From the human T2T-CHM13v2.0 reference genome, Homo sapiens: a DNA stretch of 64,000 bases. Numbering within the stretch: the first letter of the stretch is position 1; the number at the start of each line of letters is the position of its first letter. A program made the translations under genes and the position numbers. Shown in pieces: positions 41,301 through 56,800 of this stretch. Location: NCBI RefSeq assembly GCF_009914755.1, contig NC_060925.1; one strand, given 5' to 3'. Below the pieces are notes generated by a model, which saw nothing but the letters and a program-made list of their open reading frames with translations, was not told the origin of the DNA and did no database searches.

Positions 41301-44300
41301 CAAACGGAAAAAAACGGAATTATCGAATGGAATCGAAGAGAATCTTCGAACGGAACCGAATGGAATCATCTAATGGAATGGAATGGAATAATCCATGGAC
41401 TCGAATGCAATCATCATCGAATGGAATCGAATGGAATCATCGAATGGACTCGAATGGAATAATCATTGAACGGAATCGAATGGAATCATCATCGGATGGA
41501 AACGAATGGAATCATCATCGAATGGAAATAAAAGGAGTCATCATCTAATGGAATTGCATGGAATCATCATAAAATGGAATCGAATGGAATCAACATCAAA
41601 TGGAATCAAATGGAATCATTGAACGGAATTGAATGGAATCGTCATCGAATGAATTGAATGCAATCATCGAATGGTCTCGAATGGAATCATCTTCAAATGG
41701 AATGGAATGTAATCATCGCATAGAATCGAATGGAATTTTCATCGAATGGAATTATCATCGAATGGAATCGAATGGAATCAACATCAAACGGAAAAAACCG
41801 GAATTATCGTATGGAATCAAAGAGAATCATCGAATGGACCCGAATGGAATCATCTAATGGAATGGAATGGAATAATCCATGGACTCGAATGCAATCATCA
41901 TCGTATAAAATCGAATGGAATCATCGAATGGACTCGAATGGAATAATCATTGAACGGAATCGAATGGAATCATCATCGGATGGAAACGAATGGAATCATC
42001 ATCGAATGGAAATGAAAGGAGTCATCATCTAATGGAATTGCATGGAATCATCATAAAATGGAATCGAATGGAATCAACATCAAATGGAATCAAATGGAAT
42101 CATTGAACGGAATTGAATGGAATCGTCATCGAATGAATTGAATGCAATCATCGAATGGTCTCGAATGGAATCATCTTCAAATGGAATGGAATGGAATCAT
42201 CGCATAGAATCGAATGGAATTATCATCGAATGGAATCGAATGGAATCAACATCAAACGGAAAAAAACGGAATTATCGAATGGAATCGAAGAGAATCATCG
42301 AATGGACCCGAATGGAATCATCTAATGGAATGGAATGGAATAATCCATGGACTCGAATGCAATCATCATCGAATGGAATCGAATGGAATCATCGAATGGA
42401 CTCGAATGGAATAATCATTGAACGGAATCGAATGGAATCATCATCGGATGGAAATGAATGGAATCATCATCGAATGGAATCGAATAGGATTATGGAATGA
42501 AATCCAGTGTGATCATCATCGAATGGACCCGAATGGAATCATCATCCAACGGAAGCTAATGGAATCAACATCGAATGAATCAAATGGAAACACCATCGAA
42601 TTGAAACGAATGGAATTATCATGAAATTGAAATGGATGGACTCATCATCGAATGGATTCGAATGGAATCATCGAATAAAATTGATTGAAATCATCATCAA
42701 ATTGAATCGAATGGTATCATTGAATGGAATCAAATGGAATCATCATCAGATGGAAAAGAATGGAATCGTCATAGAATGGAATCGAATGGATTCATTGAAT
42801 GGAATCAGATGGAATCATTGAATGGACTGGAATGGAATCATTGAATGGACTCGAAAGGGATCATGATTGAATGGAATTGAATGGAATCATCGAATGGTCT
42901 CGATTGGAATCATTATCAAATGGAATCGAATGGAATCACCGAATAGAATCGAATGGAACAATCATCGAATGGCCTCAAATGGAATTATCCTCAAATGGAA
43001 TCGAATGGAATTATCGAATGCAATCGAATGGAATTATCGAATGCAATCGAATAGAATCATCGAATGGACTCGAATGGAATCATCGAATGGAATGGAATGG
43101 AATAGTCAATGAACTCGAATGGAATCATCATTGAATGGAATCGAATGGAATCATCGAGTGGAATCGAATGGAATTATGATCAAATGGAATCGAATGTAAT
43201 CATCAAATGGAATCAAAAATAACCATCATCAATTGGTATTGAATGGAATTGTCATCAAATGGAATTCAAAGGAATCATCATCAAATGGAACCGAAAGGAA
43301 TCCTCATTGAATGGAAATGAAAGGGGTCATCATCTAATGGAATCACATGGAATCATCATCAAATGGAGTCGAATGGAATCATCATCAAATGGAATCTAAT
43401 GGAATCATTGAACAGAATTGAATGGAATCGTCATCGAATGAATTGAATACAATCATCGAATGGTCTCGAATGGAATCATCTTCTAATGGAAAGGAATGGA
43501 ATCATCGCATAGAATCGAATGGAATTAACATTGAATGGACTCGAATGGAATCAACATCAAACGGAATCAAGCGGAATTATCGAATGTAATCGAAGAGAAC
43601 CATCGAATGGACTCGAATGGAATCATCTAATGGAATGGAATGGAATAATCCACGGACTCGAATGCAATCATCATCGTATAGAATCGAATGGAATCATTGA
43701 ATGGACTCGAATGGAATCATCATTGAACAGAATCGAATGGAATCATCATCGGATGGAAACGAATGGAATTATCATCGAATGGAAATGAAAGGAGTCATCA
43801 TCTAATGGAATCGCATGGAATCATCATAAAATGGAATCGAATGGAATCAACATCAAATGGAATCAAATGGAATCATTGAACGGAATTGAATGGAATTGTC
43901 ATCGAATGAATTGAATGCAATCATCGAATGGTCTCGAATGAAATCATCTTCAAATGGAATGGAATGGAATCATCGCATAGAATCGAATGGAATTATCATC
44001 GAATGGAATTGAAAGGTATCAACATCAAACGGAAAAAAACGGAATTATCGAATGGAATCGAAGAGAATCATCGAACGGACCCGAATGGAATCATCTAATG
44101 GAAAGGAATGGAATAATCCATGGACTCGAATCCAATCATCATCGAATGGAATCGAATGGAATCATTGAAAGGACTCTAATGGAATAATCATTGAACGGAA
44201 TCGAATGGAATCATCATCGAATGGAAACTAATGGAATCATCATCGAATGGAAATGAAAGGAGTCATCTAATGGAATTGCACGGAATCAACATAAAATGGA

Positions 44301-47300
44301 ATCGAATGGAATCAACATCAAATGGAATGAAATGGGATCATTGAACGGAATTGAATGGAATCTTCATCGAATGAATTGAATGCAATCATCGAATGGTCTC
44401 GAATGGAATCATCTTCAAATGGAATGGAATGGAATCATCGCATAGAATCGAATGGAATTATCATCGAATGGAATCGAATGGAATCAACATCAAACGGAAA
44501 AAAACGGAATTATCGAATGGAATCGAAGAGAATCATCGAATGGACCCGAATGGAATCATCTAATGGAATGGAATGGAATAATCCATGGACTCGAATGCAA
44601 TCATCATCGAATGGAATCGAATGGAATCATCGAATGGACTCGAATGGAATAATCATTGAACGGAATCGAATGGAATCATCATCGGATGGAAATGAATGGA
44701 ATCATCATCGAATGGAATCGAATAGAATTATGGAATGAAATCCAGTGTGATCATCATCGAATGCACCCGAATGGAATCATCATCCAACGGAATCTAATGG
44801 AAACAACATCGAATGAATCGAATGGAAACACCATCGAATTGAAACGAGTGGAATTATCATGAAATTGAAATGGATGGACTCATCATCGAATGGATTCGAA
44901 TGGAATCATCGAATAAAATTGATTGAAATCATCATCAAATGGAATCGAATGGTATCATTGAATGGAATCGAATGGAATCATCATCAGATGGAAATGAATG
45001 GAATCGTCATAGAATGGAATCGAATGGATTCATTGAATGGAATCAGATGGAATCATCGAATGGACTGGAATGGAATCATTGAATGGACTCGAGAGGGATC
45101 ATTATTGAATGGAATTGAATGGAATCATGGAATGGTCTCGATTGGAATCATTATCAAATGGAATCGAATGGAATCACCGAATAGAATCGAATGGAACAAT
45201 CATCGAATGGACTCCAATGGAATTATCCTCAAATGGAATCGAATGGAATTATCGAATGCAATCGAATGGAATTATCGAATGCAATCGAATAGAATCATCG
45301 AATGGACTCGAATGGAATCATCGAATGGAATGGAATGGAACAGTCAATGAACTCGAATGGAATCATCATTGAATGGAATCGAATGGAATCATCGAGTGGA
45401 ATCGAATGGAATTATGATCAAATGGAATCGAATGTAATCATCATCAAATGGAATCAAAGATAACCATCATCAATTGGTATTGAATGGAATTGTCATCAAA
45501 TGGAATTCAAAGGAATCATCACCAAATGGAACCGAAAGGAATCCTCATTGAATGGAAATGAAAGGGGTCATCATCTAATGGAATCGCATGGAATCATCAT
45601 CAAATGGAATCGAATGGAATCATCATCAGATGGAATCTAATGGAATCATTGAACAGAATTGAATGGAATCGTCATCGAATGAATTGAATGCAATCATCGA
45701 ATGGTCTCGAATGGAATCATCTTCTAATGGAAAGGAATGGAATCATCGCATAGAATCGAATGGAATTAACATTGAATGGACTCGAATGGAATCAACATCA
45801 AACGGAATCAAGCGGAATTATCGAATGGAATCGAAGAGAATCATCGAATGGACTCGAATGGAATCATCTAATGGAATGGAATGGAATAATCCACGGACTC
45901 GAATGCAACCACCATCGTATAGAATCGAATGGAAACATCAAATGGAATCATCGAATGGACTCGAATGGAATAATCATTGAACGGAATCGAATGGAATCAT
46001 CATCGGATGGAAACGAATGGAATCATCATCGAATGGAAATGAAAGGAGTCATCTAATGGAATTGCATGGAATCATCATCAAATGGAATCGAATGGAATCA
46101 ACATCAAATGGAATCAAATGGAATCATTGAACGGAATTGAATGGAATCGTCATCTAATGAATTGAATGCAATCATCGAATGGTCTCGAATGGAATCATCT
46201 TCAAATGGAATGGAATGGAATCATCGCATAGAATCGAATGGAATTATCATCGAATGGAATCGAATGGAATCAACATCAAACGGAAAAAAACGGAATTATC
46301 GAATGGAATCGAAGAGAATCATCGAATGGGCCCGAATGGAATCATCTAATGCAATGGAATGGAATAATCTATGGACTCGAATGCAATCATCATCGAATGG
46401 AATCGAATGGAATCATCGAATGGACTCGAATGGAATAATCATTGAACGGAATCGAATGGAATCATCATCGGATGGAAATGAATGGAATCATCATCGAATG
46501 GAATCGAATAGAATTATGGAATGAAATCCAGTGTGATCATCATCGAATGGACCCGAATGGAATCATCATCCAACGGAAGCTAATGGAATCAACATCGAAT
46601 GAATCGAATGGAAACACCATCGAATTGAAACGAATGGAATTATCATGAAATTGAAATGGATGGACTCATCATCGAATGGATTCGAATGGAATCATCGAAT
46701 AAAATTGATTGAAATCATCATCAAATTGAATCGAATGGTATCATTGAATGGAATCAAATGGAATCATCATCAGATGGAAAAGAATGGAATCGTCATAGAA
46801 TGGAATCGAATGGATTCATTGAATGGAATCAGATGGAATCATCGAATGGACTGGAATGGAATCATTGAATGGACTCGAAAGGGATCATGATTGAATGGAA
46901 TTGAATGGAATCATCGAATGGTCTCGATTGGAATCATTATCAAATGGAATCGAATGGAATCACCGAATAGAATCGAATGGAACAATCATCGAATGGACTC
47001 AAATGGAATTATCCTCAAATGGAATCGAATGGAATTATCGAATGCAATCGAATGGAATTATCGAATGCAATCGAATAGAATCATCGAATGGACTCGAATG
47101 GAATCATCGAATGGAATGGAATGGAACAGTCAATGAACTCGAATGGAATCATCATTGAATGGAATCGAATGGAATCATCGAGTGGAATCGAATGGAATTA
47201 TGATCAAATGGAATCGAATGTAATCATCATCCAATGGAATCAAAAATAACCATCATCAATTGGTATTGAATGGAATTGTCATCAAATGGAATTCAAAGGA

Positions 47301-50300
47301 ATCATCATCAAATGGAACCGAATGGAATCCTCATTGAATGGAAATGAAAGGGGTCATCATCTAATGGAATCGCATGGAATCATCATCAAATGGAATCGAA
47401 TGGAATCATCATCAAATGGAATCTAATGGAATCATTGAACAGAATTGAATGGAATGGTCATCGAATGAATTGAATGCAATCATCGAATGGTCTCGAATGG
47501 AATCATCTTCTAATGGAAAGGAATGGAATCATCGCATAGAATCGAATGGAATTATCATCGAATGGAATCGAATGGTATCAACACCAAACGGAAAAAAACG
47601 GAATTATCGAATGGAATCGAAGAGAATCTTCGAACGGAACCGAATGGAATCATCTAATGGAATGGAATGGAATAATCCATGGACTCGAATGCAATCATCA
47701 TCGAATGGAATCGAATGGAATCATCGAATGGACTCGAATGGAATAATCATTGAACGGAATCGAATGGAATCATCATCGGATGGAAACGAATGGAATCATC
47801 ATCGAATGGAAATAAAAGGAGTCATCATCTAATGGAATTGCATGGAATCATCATAAAATGGAATCGAATGGAATCAACATCAAATGGAATCAAATGGAAT
47901 CATTGAACGGAATTGAATGGAATCGTCATCGAATGAATTGAATGCAATCATCGAATGGTCTCGAATGGAATCATCTTCAAATGGAATGGAATGTAATCAT
48001 CGCATAGAATCGAATGGAATTTTCATCGAATGGAATTATCATCGAATGGAATCGAATGGAATCAACATCAAACGGAAAAAACCAGAATTATCGTATGGAA
48101 TCAAAGAGAATCATCGAATGGACCCGAATGGAATCATCTAATGGAATGGAATGGAATAATCCATGGACTCGAATGCAATCATCATCGTATAAAATCGAAT
48201 GGAATCATCGAATGGACTCGAATGGAATAATCATTGAACGGAATCGAATGGAATCATCATCGGATGGAAACGAATGGAATCATCATCGAATGGAAATGAA
48301 AGGAGTCATCATCTAATGGAATTGCATGGAATCATCATAAAATGGAATCGAATGGAATCAACATCAAATGGAATCAAATGGAATCATTGAACGGAATTGA
48401 ATGGAATCGTCATCGAATGAATTGAATGCAATCATCGAATGGTCTCGAATGGAATCATCTTCAAATGGAATGGAATGGAATCATCGCATAGAATCGAATG
48501 GAATTATCATCGAATGGAATCGAATGGAATCAACATCAAACGGAAAAAAACGGAATTATCGAATGGAATCGAAGAGAATCATCGAATGGACCCGAATGGA
48601 ATCATCTAATGGAATGGAATGGAATAATCCATGGACTCGAATGCAATCATCATCGAATGGAATCGAATGGAATCATCGAATGGACTCGAATGGAATAATC
48701 ATTGAACGGAATCGAATGGAATCATCATCGGATGGAAATGAATGGAATCATCATCGAATGGAATCGAATAGGATTATGGAATGAAATCCAGTGTGATCAT
48801 CATCGAATGGACCCGAATGGAATCATCATCCAACGGAAGCTAATGGAATCAACATCGAATGAATCAAATGGAAACACCATCGAATTGAAACGAATGGAAT
48901 TATCATGAAATTGAAATGGATGGACTCATCATCGAATGGATTCGAATGGAATCATCGAATAAAATTGATTGAAATCATCATCAAATTGAATCGAATGGTA
49001 TCATTGAATGGAATCAAATGGAATCATCATCAGATGGAAAAGAATGGAATCGTCATAGAATGGAATCGAATGGATTCATTGAATGGAATCAGATGGAATC
49101 ATCGAATGGACTGGAATGGAATCATTGAATGGACTCGAAAGGGATCATGATTGAATGGAATTGAATGGAATCATCGAATGGTCTCGATTGGAATCATTAT
49201 CAAATGGAATCGAATGGAATCACCGAATAGAATCGAATGGAACAATCATCGAATGGCCTCAAATGGAATTATCCTCAAATGGAATCGAATGGAATTATCG
49301 AATGCAATCGAATGGAATTATCGAATGCAATCGAATAGAATCATCGAATGGACTCGAATGGAATCATCGAATGGAATGGAATGGAATAGTCAATGAACTC
49401 GAATGGAATCATCATTGAATGGAATCGAATGGAATCATCGAGTGGAATCGAATGGAATTATGATCAAATGGAATCGAATGTAATCATCAAATGGAATCAA
49501 AAATAACCATCATCAATTGGTATTGAATGGAATTGTCATCAAATGGAATTCAAAGGAATCATCATCAAATGGAACCGAAAGGAATCCTCATTGAATGGAA
49601 ATGAAAGGGGTCATCATCTAATGGAATCACATGGAATCATCATCAAATGGAGTCGAATGGAATCATCATGAAATGGAATCTAATGGAATCATTGAACAGA
49701 ATTGAATGGAATCGTCATCGAATGAATTGAATACAATCATCGAATGGTCTCGAATGGAATCATCTTCTAATGGAAAGGAATGGAATCATCGCATAGAATC
49801 GAATGGAATTAACATTGAATGGACTCGAATGGAATCAACATCAAACGGAATCAAGCGGAATTATCGAATGTAATCGAAGAGAACCATCGAATGGACTCGA
49901 ATGGAATCATCTAATGGAATGGAATGGAATAATCCACGGACTCGAATGCAATCATCATCGTATAGAATCGAATGGAATCATTGAATGGACTCGAATGGAA
50001 TCATCATTGAACAGAATCGAATGGAATCATCATCGGATGGAAACGAATGGAATTATCATCGAATGGAAATGAAAGGAGTCATCATCTAATGGAATCGCAT
50101 GGAATCATCATAAAATGGAATCGAATGGAATCAACATCAAATGGAATCAAATGGAATCATTGAACGGAATTGAATGGAATTGTCATCGAATGAATTGAAT
50201 GCAATCATCGAATGGTCTCGAATGAAATCATCTTCAAATGGAATGGAATGGAATCATCGCATAGAATCGAATGGAATTATCATCGAATGGAATTGAAAGG

Positions 50301-50890
50301 TATCAACATCAAACGGAAAAAAACGGAATTATCGAATGGAATCGAAGAGAATCATCGAACGGACCCGAATGGAATCATCTAATGGAAAGGAATGGAATAA
50401 TCCATGGACTCGAATCCAATCATCATCGAATGGAATCGAATGGAATCATTGAAAGGACTCTAATGGAATAATCATTGAACGGAATCGAATGGAATCATCA
50501 TCGAATGGAAACTAATGGAATCATCATCGAATGGAAATGAAAGGAGTCATCTAATGGAATTGCACGGAATCAACATAAAATGGAATCGAATGGAATCAAC
50601 ATCAAATGGAATGAAATGGGATCATTGAACGGAATTGAATGGAATCTTCATCGAATGAATTGAATGCAATCATCGAATGGTCTCGAATGGAATCATCTTC
50701 AAATGGAATGGAATGGAATCATCGCATAGAATCGAATGGAATTATCATCGAATGGAATCGAATGGAATCAACATCAAACGGAAAAAAACGGAATTATCGA
50801 ATGGAATCGAAGAGAATCATCGAATGGACCCGAATGGAATCATCTAATGGAATGGAATGGAATAATCCATGGACTCGAATGCAATCATCA
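38380..50890 (+). repeat. 6284 bp near-identical tandem duplication (three units: 1786+2260+2238)
   Basis: Offsets 38575/44859, 40361/46645, 41165/47449, 42621/48905 and 44355/50639 are all 6284 bp. Many private variants are shared (gggcccg, ggaatggtcatc, the 16 bp insertion, ggcctcaa, aatgggatc). Boundaries are approximate. Confidence 0.92.
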
Positions 50891-53800
50891 TTGAATGGAA
50901 TCGAATGGAATCATCATCAGATGGAAATGAATGGAATCGTCATAGAATGGAATCGAATGGATTCATTGAATGGAATCAGATGGAATCTTCGAATGGACTG
51001 GAATGGAATCATTGAATGGACTCGAAAGGGATCATCATTGAATGGAATTGAATGGAATCATCGAATGGTCTCGATTGGAATCATTATCAAATGGAATCGA
51101 ATGGAATCACCGAATAGAATCGAATGGAACAATCATCGAATGGACTCAAATGAAATTATCCTCAAGTGGAATCGAATGGAATTATCGAATGCAATCGAAT
51201 GGAATTATCGAATGCAATCGAATAGAATCATCGAATGGACTCGAATGGAATCATCGAATGGAATGGAATGGAACAGTCAATGAACTCGAATGGAATCATC
51301 GAGTGGAATCGAATGAAATTATGATCAAATGGAATCGAATGTAATCATCATCAAATGGAATCAAAAATAACCATCATCAATTGATATTCAATGGAATTGT
51401 CATCAAATGGAATTCAAAGGTATCATCATCAAATGGAACCGAATGGAATCCTCATTGAATGGAAATGAAAGGGGTCATCATCTAATGGAATCGCATGGAA
51501 TCATCATCAAATGGAATCGAATGGAATCATCATCAAATGGAATCTAATGGAATCATTGAACAGAATTGAATGGAATCGTCATCGAATGAATTGAATGCAA
51601 TCATCGAATGGTCTCGAATGGAATCATCTTCTAATGGAAAGGAATGGAATCATCGCATAGAATCGAATGGAATTAACATTGAATGGACTCGAATGGAATC
51701 AACATCAAACGGAATCAAGCGGAATTATCGAATGGAATCGAAGAGAATCATCGAATGGACTCGAATGGAATCATCTAATGGAATGGAATGGAATAATCCA
51801 CGGACTCGAATGCAATCATCATCGTATAGAATCGAATGGAATCATCGAATGGACTCGAATGGAATAATCATTGAACGGAATCGAATGGAATCATCATCGG
51901 ATGGAAACGAATGGAATCATCATCGAATGGAAATGAAAGGAGTCATCATCTAATGGAATTGCATGGAATCATCATAAAATGGAATCGAATGGAATCAACA
52001 TCAAATGGAATCAAATGGAATCATTGAACGGAATTGAATGGAATCGTCATCGAATGAATTGAATGCAATCATCGAATGGTCTCGAATGGAATCATCTTCA
52101 AATGGAATGGAATGGAATCATCGCATAGAATCGAATGGAATTATCATCGAATGGAATCGAATGGAATCAACATCAAACGGAAAAAAACGGAATTATCGAA
52201 TGGAATCGAAGAGAATCATCGAACGGACCCGAATGGAATCATCTAATGGAATGGAATGGAATAATGCATGGACTCGAATGCAATCATCATCGAATGGAAT
52301 CGAATGGAATCATCGAATGGACTCGAATGGAATAATCATTGAACGGATTCGAATGGAGTCATCATCGGATGGAAACGAATGGAATCATCATCGAATGGAA
52401 ATGAAAGGATTCATCATCTAATGGAATTGCATGGAATCATCATAAAATGGAATCGAATGGAATCAACATCAAATGGAATCAAATGGAATCATTGAACGGA
52501 ATTGAATGGAATCGTCAACGAATGAATTGAATGCAATCATCGAATGGTCTCGAATGGAATCATCTTCAAATGGAATGGAATGGAATCATCGCATAGAATC
52601 GAATGGAATTATCATCGAATGGAATCGAATGGAATCAACATCAAACGGAAAAATCGGAATTATCGTATGGAATCGAAGAGAATCATCGAATGGACCCGAA
52701 TGGAATCATCTAATGGAGTGGAATGGAAAAATCCATGGACTCGAATGCAATCATCATCGAATGGAATCGAATGGAATCATCGAATGGACTCGAATGGAAT
52801 AATCATCGAACGGAATCGAATGGAGTCATCATCGGATGGAAATGAATGGAATCATCATCGAATGGAATCGAATAGAATTATGGAATGAAATCCAGTGTGA
52901 TCATCATCGAATGGACCCGAATGGAATCATCATCCAACGGAAGCTAATGGAATCAACATCGAATGAATCGAATGGAAACACCATCGAATTGAAACGAATG
53001 GAATTATCATGAAATTGAAATGGATGGACTCATCATCGAATGGATTCGAATGGAATCATCGAATAAAATTGATTGAAATCATCAACAAATGGAATCGAAT
53101 GGTATCATTGAAGGGAATCGAATGGAATCATCATCAGATGGAAATGAATGGAATCGTCATAGAATGGAATCGAATGGATTCATTGAATGGAATCAGATGG
53201 AATCATCGAATGGACTGGAATGGAATCATTGAATGGACTCGAAAGGATTCATTATTGAATGCAATTGAATGGAATCATCGAATGGTCTCGATTGGAATCA
53301 TTATCAAATGGAATCGAATGGAATCACAGAATAGAATCGAATGGAACAATCATCGAATGGACTCAAATGGAATTATCCTCAAATGGAATCGAATGGAAAT
53401 ATCGAATGTAATCGAATGGAATTATCGAATGCAATCGAATAGAATCATCGAATGGACTCGAATGGAATCATCGAATGGAATGGAATGGAACAGTCAATGA
53501 ACTCGAATGGAATCATCATTGAATGGAATCGAATGGAATCATCGAGTGGAATCGAATGGAATTATGATCAAATGGAATCGAATGTAATCATCATCAAATG
53601 GAATCAAAAATAACCATCATCAATTGGTATTGAATGGAATTGTCATCAAATGGAATTCAAAGGAATCATCATCAAATGGAACCGAATGGAATCCTCATTG
53701 AATGGAAATGAAAGGGGTCATCATCTAATGGAATCGCATGGAATCATCATCAAATGGAATCGAATGGAATCATCATCAAATGGAATCTAATGGAATCATT

Positions 53801-56800
53801 GAACAGAATTGAATGGAATCGTCATCGAATGAATTGAATGCAATCATCGAATGGTCTCGAATGGAATCATCTTCTAATGGAAAGGAATGGAATCACCGCA
53901 TAGAATCGAATGGAATTAACATTGAATGGACTCGAATGGAATCCACATCAAACGGAATCAAGCGGAATTATCGAATGGAATCGAAGAGAATCATCGAATG
54001 GACTCGAATGGAATCATCTAATGGAATGGAATGGAATAATCCACGGACTCGAATGCAATCATCATCGTATAGAATCGAATGGAATCATTGAATGGACTCG
54101 AATGGAATAATCATTGAACGGAATCAAATGGAATCATCATCGGATGGAAACGAATGGAATCATCATCGAATGGAAAAGAAAAGAGTCATCATCTAATGGA
54201 ATTGCATGGAATCATCATAAAATGGAATCGAATGGAATCAACATCAAATGGAATCAAATGGAATCATTGAACGGAATTAAATGGAATCGTCATCGAATGA
54301 ATTGAATGCAATCATCGAATGGTCTCGAATGGAATCATCTTCTAATGGAAAGTAATGGAATCATCGCATAGAATCGAATGGAATTAAAATTGAATGGACT
54401 CGAATGGAATCAACATCAAACGGAAAAAAACGGAAATATCGAATGGAATCGAAGAGAATCATCGAATGGACCCGAATGGAATCATCTAATGGAATGGAAT
54501 GGAATAATCCATGGACTCGAATGCAATCATCATCGAATGGAATCGAATGGAATCATCGAATGGACTCGAATGGAATAATCATTGAACGGAATCGAATGAA
54601 ATCATCATGGGATGGAAACGAATGGAATCATCATCGAATGGAAATGAAAGGAGTCATGTAATGGAATTACATGGAATCATCATAAAATGGAATCGAATGG
54701 AATCAACATCAAATGGAATCCAATGGAATCATTGAACGGAATTGAATGAATCGTCATCGTATCAATTGAATGCAATCATCGAATGATCTCGAATGGAATC
54801 ATGTTCAAATGGAATGGAATGGAATCATCGCATAGAATCGAATGTAATTATCATCGAATGGAATCGAATGAAATCAACAACAAACGGAAAAAAAAGGAAT
54901 TATCGAATGGAATCAAAGAGAATCATCGAATGGACCCGAATGGAATCATCTAATGGAATGGAATGGAATAATCCATGGACTCGAATGCAATCATCATCGA
55001 ATGGAATCGAATGGAATCATCGAATGGACTCGAATGGAATAATCATTGAAAGGAATCGAATGGAATCATCATCGGATGGAAATGAATGGAATCATCATCG
55101 AATGGAATCGAATAGAATTATGGAATGAAATCCAGTGTGATCATCATCGAATGCACCCGAATGGAATCATCATCCAACGGAATCTAATGGAAACAACATC
55201 GAATGAATCGAAAGGAAACACCATCGAATTGAAACGAGTGGAATTATCATGAAATTGAAATGGATGGACTCATCATCGAATGGATTCGAATGGAATCATC
55301 GAATAAAATTGATTGAAATCATCATCAAATGGAATCGAATGGTATCATTGAATGGAATCGAATGGAATCATCATCAGATGGAAATGAATGGAATCGTCAT
55401 AGAATGGAATCGAATGGATTCATTGAATGGAATCAGATGGAATCATCGAATGGACTGGAATGGAATCATTGAATGGACTCGAGAGAGATCATTATTGAAT
55501 GGAATTGAATGGAATCATGGAATGGTCTCGATTGGAATCATTATCAAATGGAATCGAATGGAATCACCGAATAGAATCGAATGGAACAATCATCGAATGG
55601 ACTCCAATGGAATTATCCTCAAATGGAATCGAATGGAATTATCGAATGCAATCGAATGGAATTATCGAATGCAATCGAATAGAATCATCGAATGGACTCG
55701 AATGGAATCATCGAATGGAATGGAATGGAACAGTCAATGAACTCGAATGGAATCATCATTGAATGGAATCGAATGGAATCATCGAGTGGAATCGAATGGA
55801 ATTATGATCAAATGGAATCGAATGTAATCATCATCAAATGGAATCAAAGATAACCATCATCAATTGGTATTGAATGGAATTGTCATCAAATGGAATTCAA
55901 AGGAATCATCACCAAATGGAACCGAAAGGAATCCTCATTGAATGGAAATGAAAGGGGTCATCATCTAATGGAATCGCATGGAATCATCATCAAATGGAAT
56001 CGAATGGAATCATCATCAGATGGAATCTAATGGAATCATTGAACAGAATTGAATGGAATCGTCATCGAATGAATTGAATGCAATCATCGAATGGTCTCGA
56101 ATGGAATCATCTTCTAATGGAAAGGAATGGAATCATCGCATAGAATCGAATGGAATTAACATTGAATGGACTCGAATGGAATCCACATCAAACGGAATCA
56201 AGCGGAATTATCGAATGGAATCGAAGAGAATCATCGAATGGACTCGAATGGAATCATCTAAAGGAATGGAATGGAATAATCCACGGACTCGAATGCAATC
56301 ATCATCGTATAGAATCGAATGGAATCATTGAATGGACTCGAATGGAATAATCATTGAACGGAATCAAATGGAATCATCATCGGATGGAAACGAATGGAAT
56401 CATCATCGAATGGAAAAGAAAAGAGTCATCATCTAATGGAATTGCATGGAATCATCATAAAATGGAATCGAATGGAATCAACATCAAATGGAATCAAATG
56501 GAATCATTGAACGGAATTAAATGGAATCGTCATCGAATGAATTGAATGCAATCATCGAATGGTCTCGAATGGAATCATCTTCTAATGGAAAGTAATGGAA
56601 TCATCGCATAGAATCGAATGGAATTAAAATTGAATGGACTCGAATGGAATCAACATCAAACGGAAAAAAACGGAAATATCGAATGGAATCGAAGAGAATC
56701 ATCGAATGGACCCGAATGGAATCATCTAATGGAATGGAATGGAATAATCCATGGACTCGAATGCAATCATCATCGAATGGAATCGAATGGAATCATCGAA

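Noticed and set aside
38380-50890. 6284 bp period as the ~6.1 kb chromosome 16 HSat2B unit
   Set aside because: It decomposes exactly into three local units (1786+2260+2238) and occurs only twice, so it is a local duplication rather than the base period.
50639-51283. Longest ORF (214 aa)
   Set aside because: It is produced by an in-frame 351 bp satellite deletion fusing two repeat-derived frames, with no evidence of coding function.
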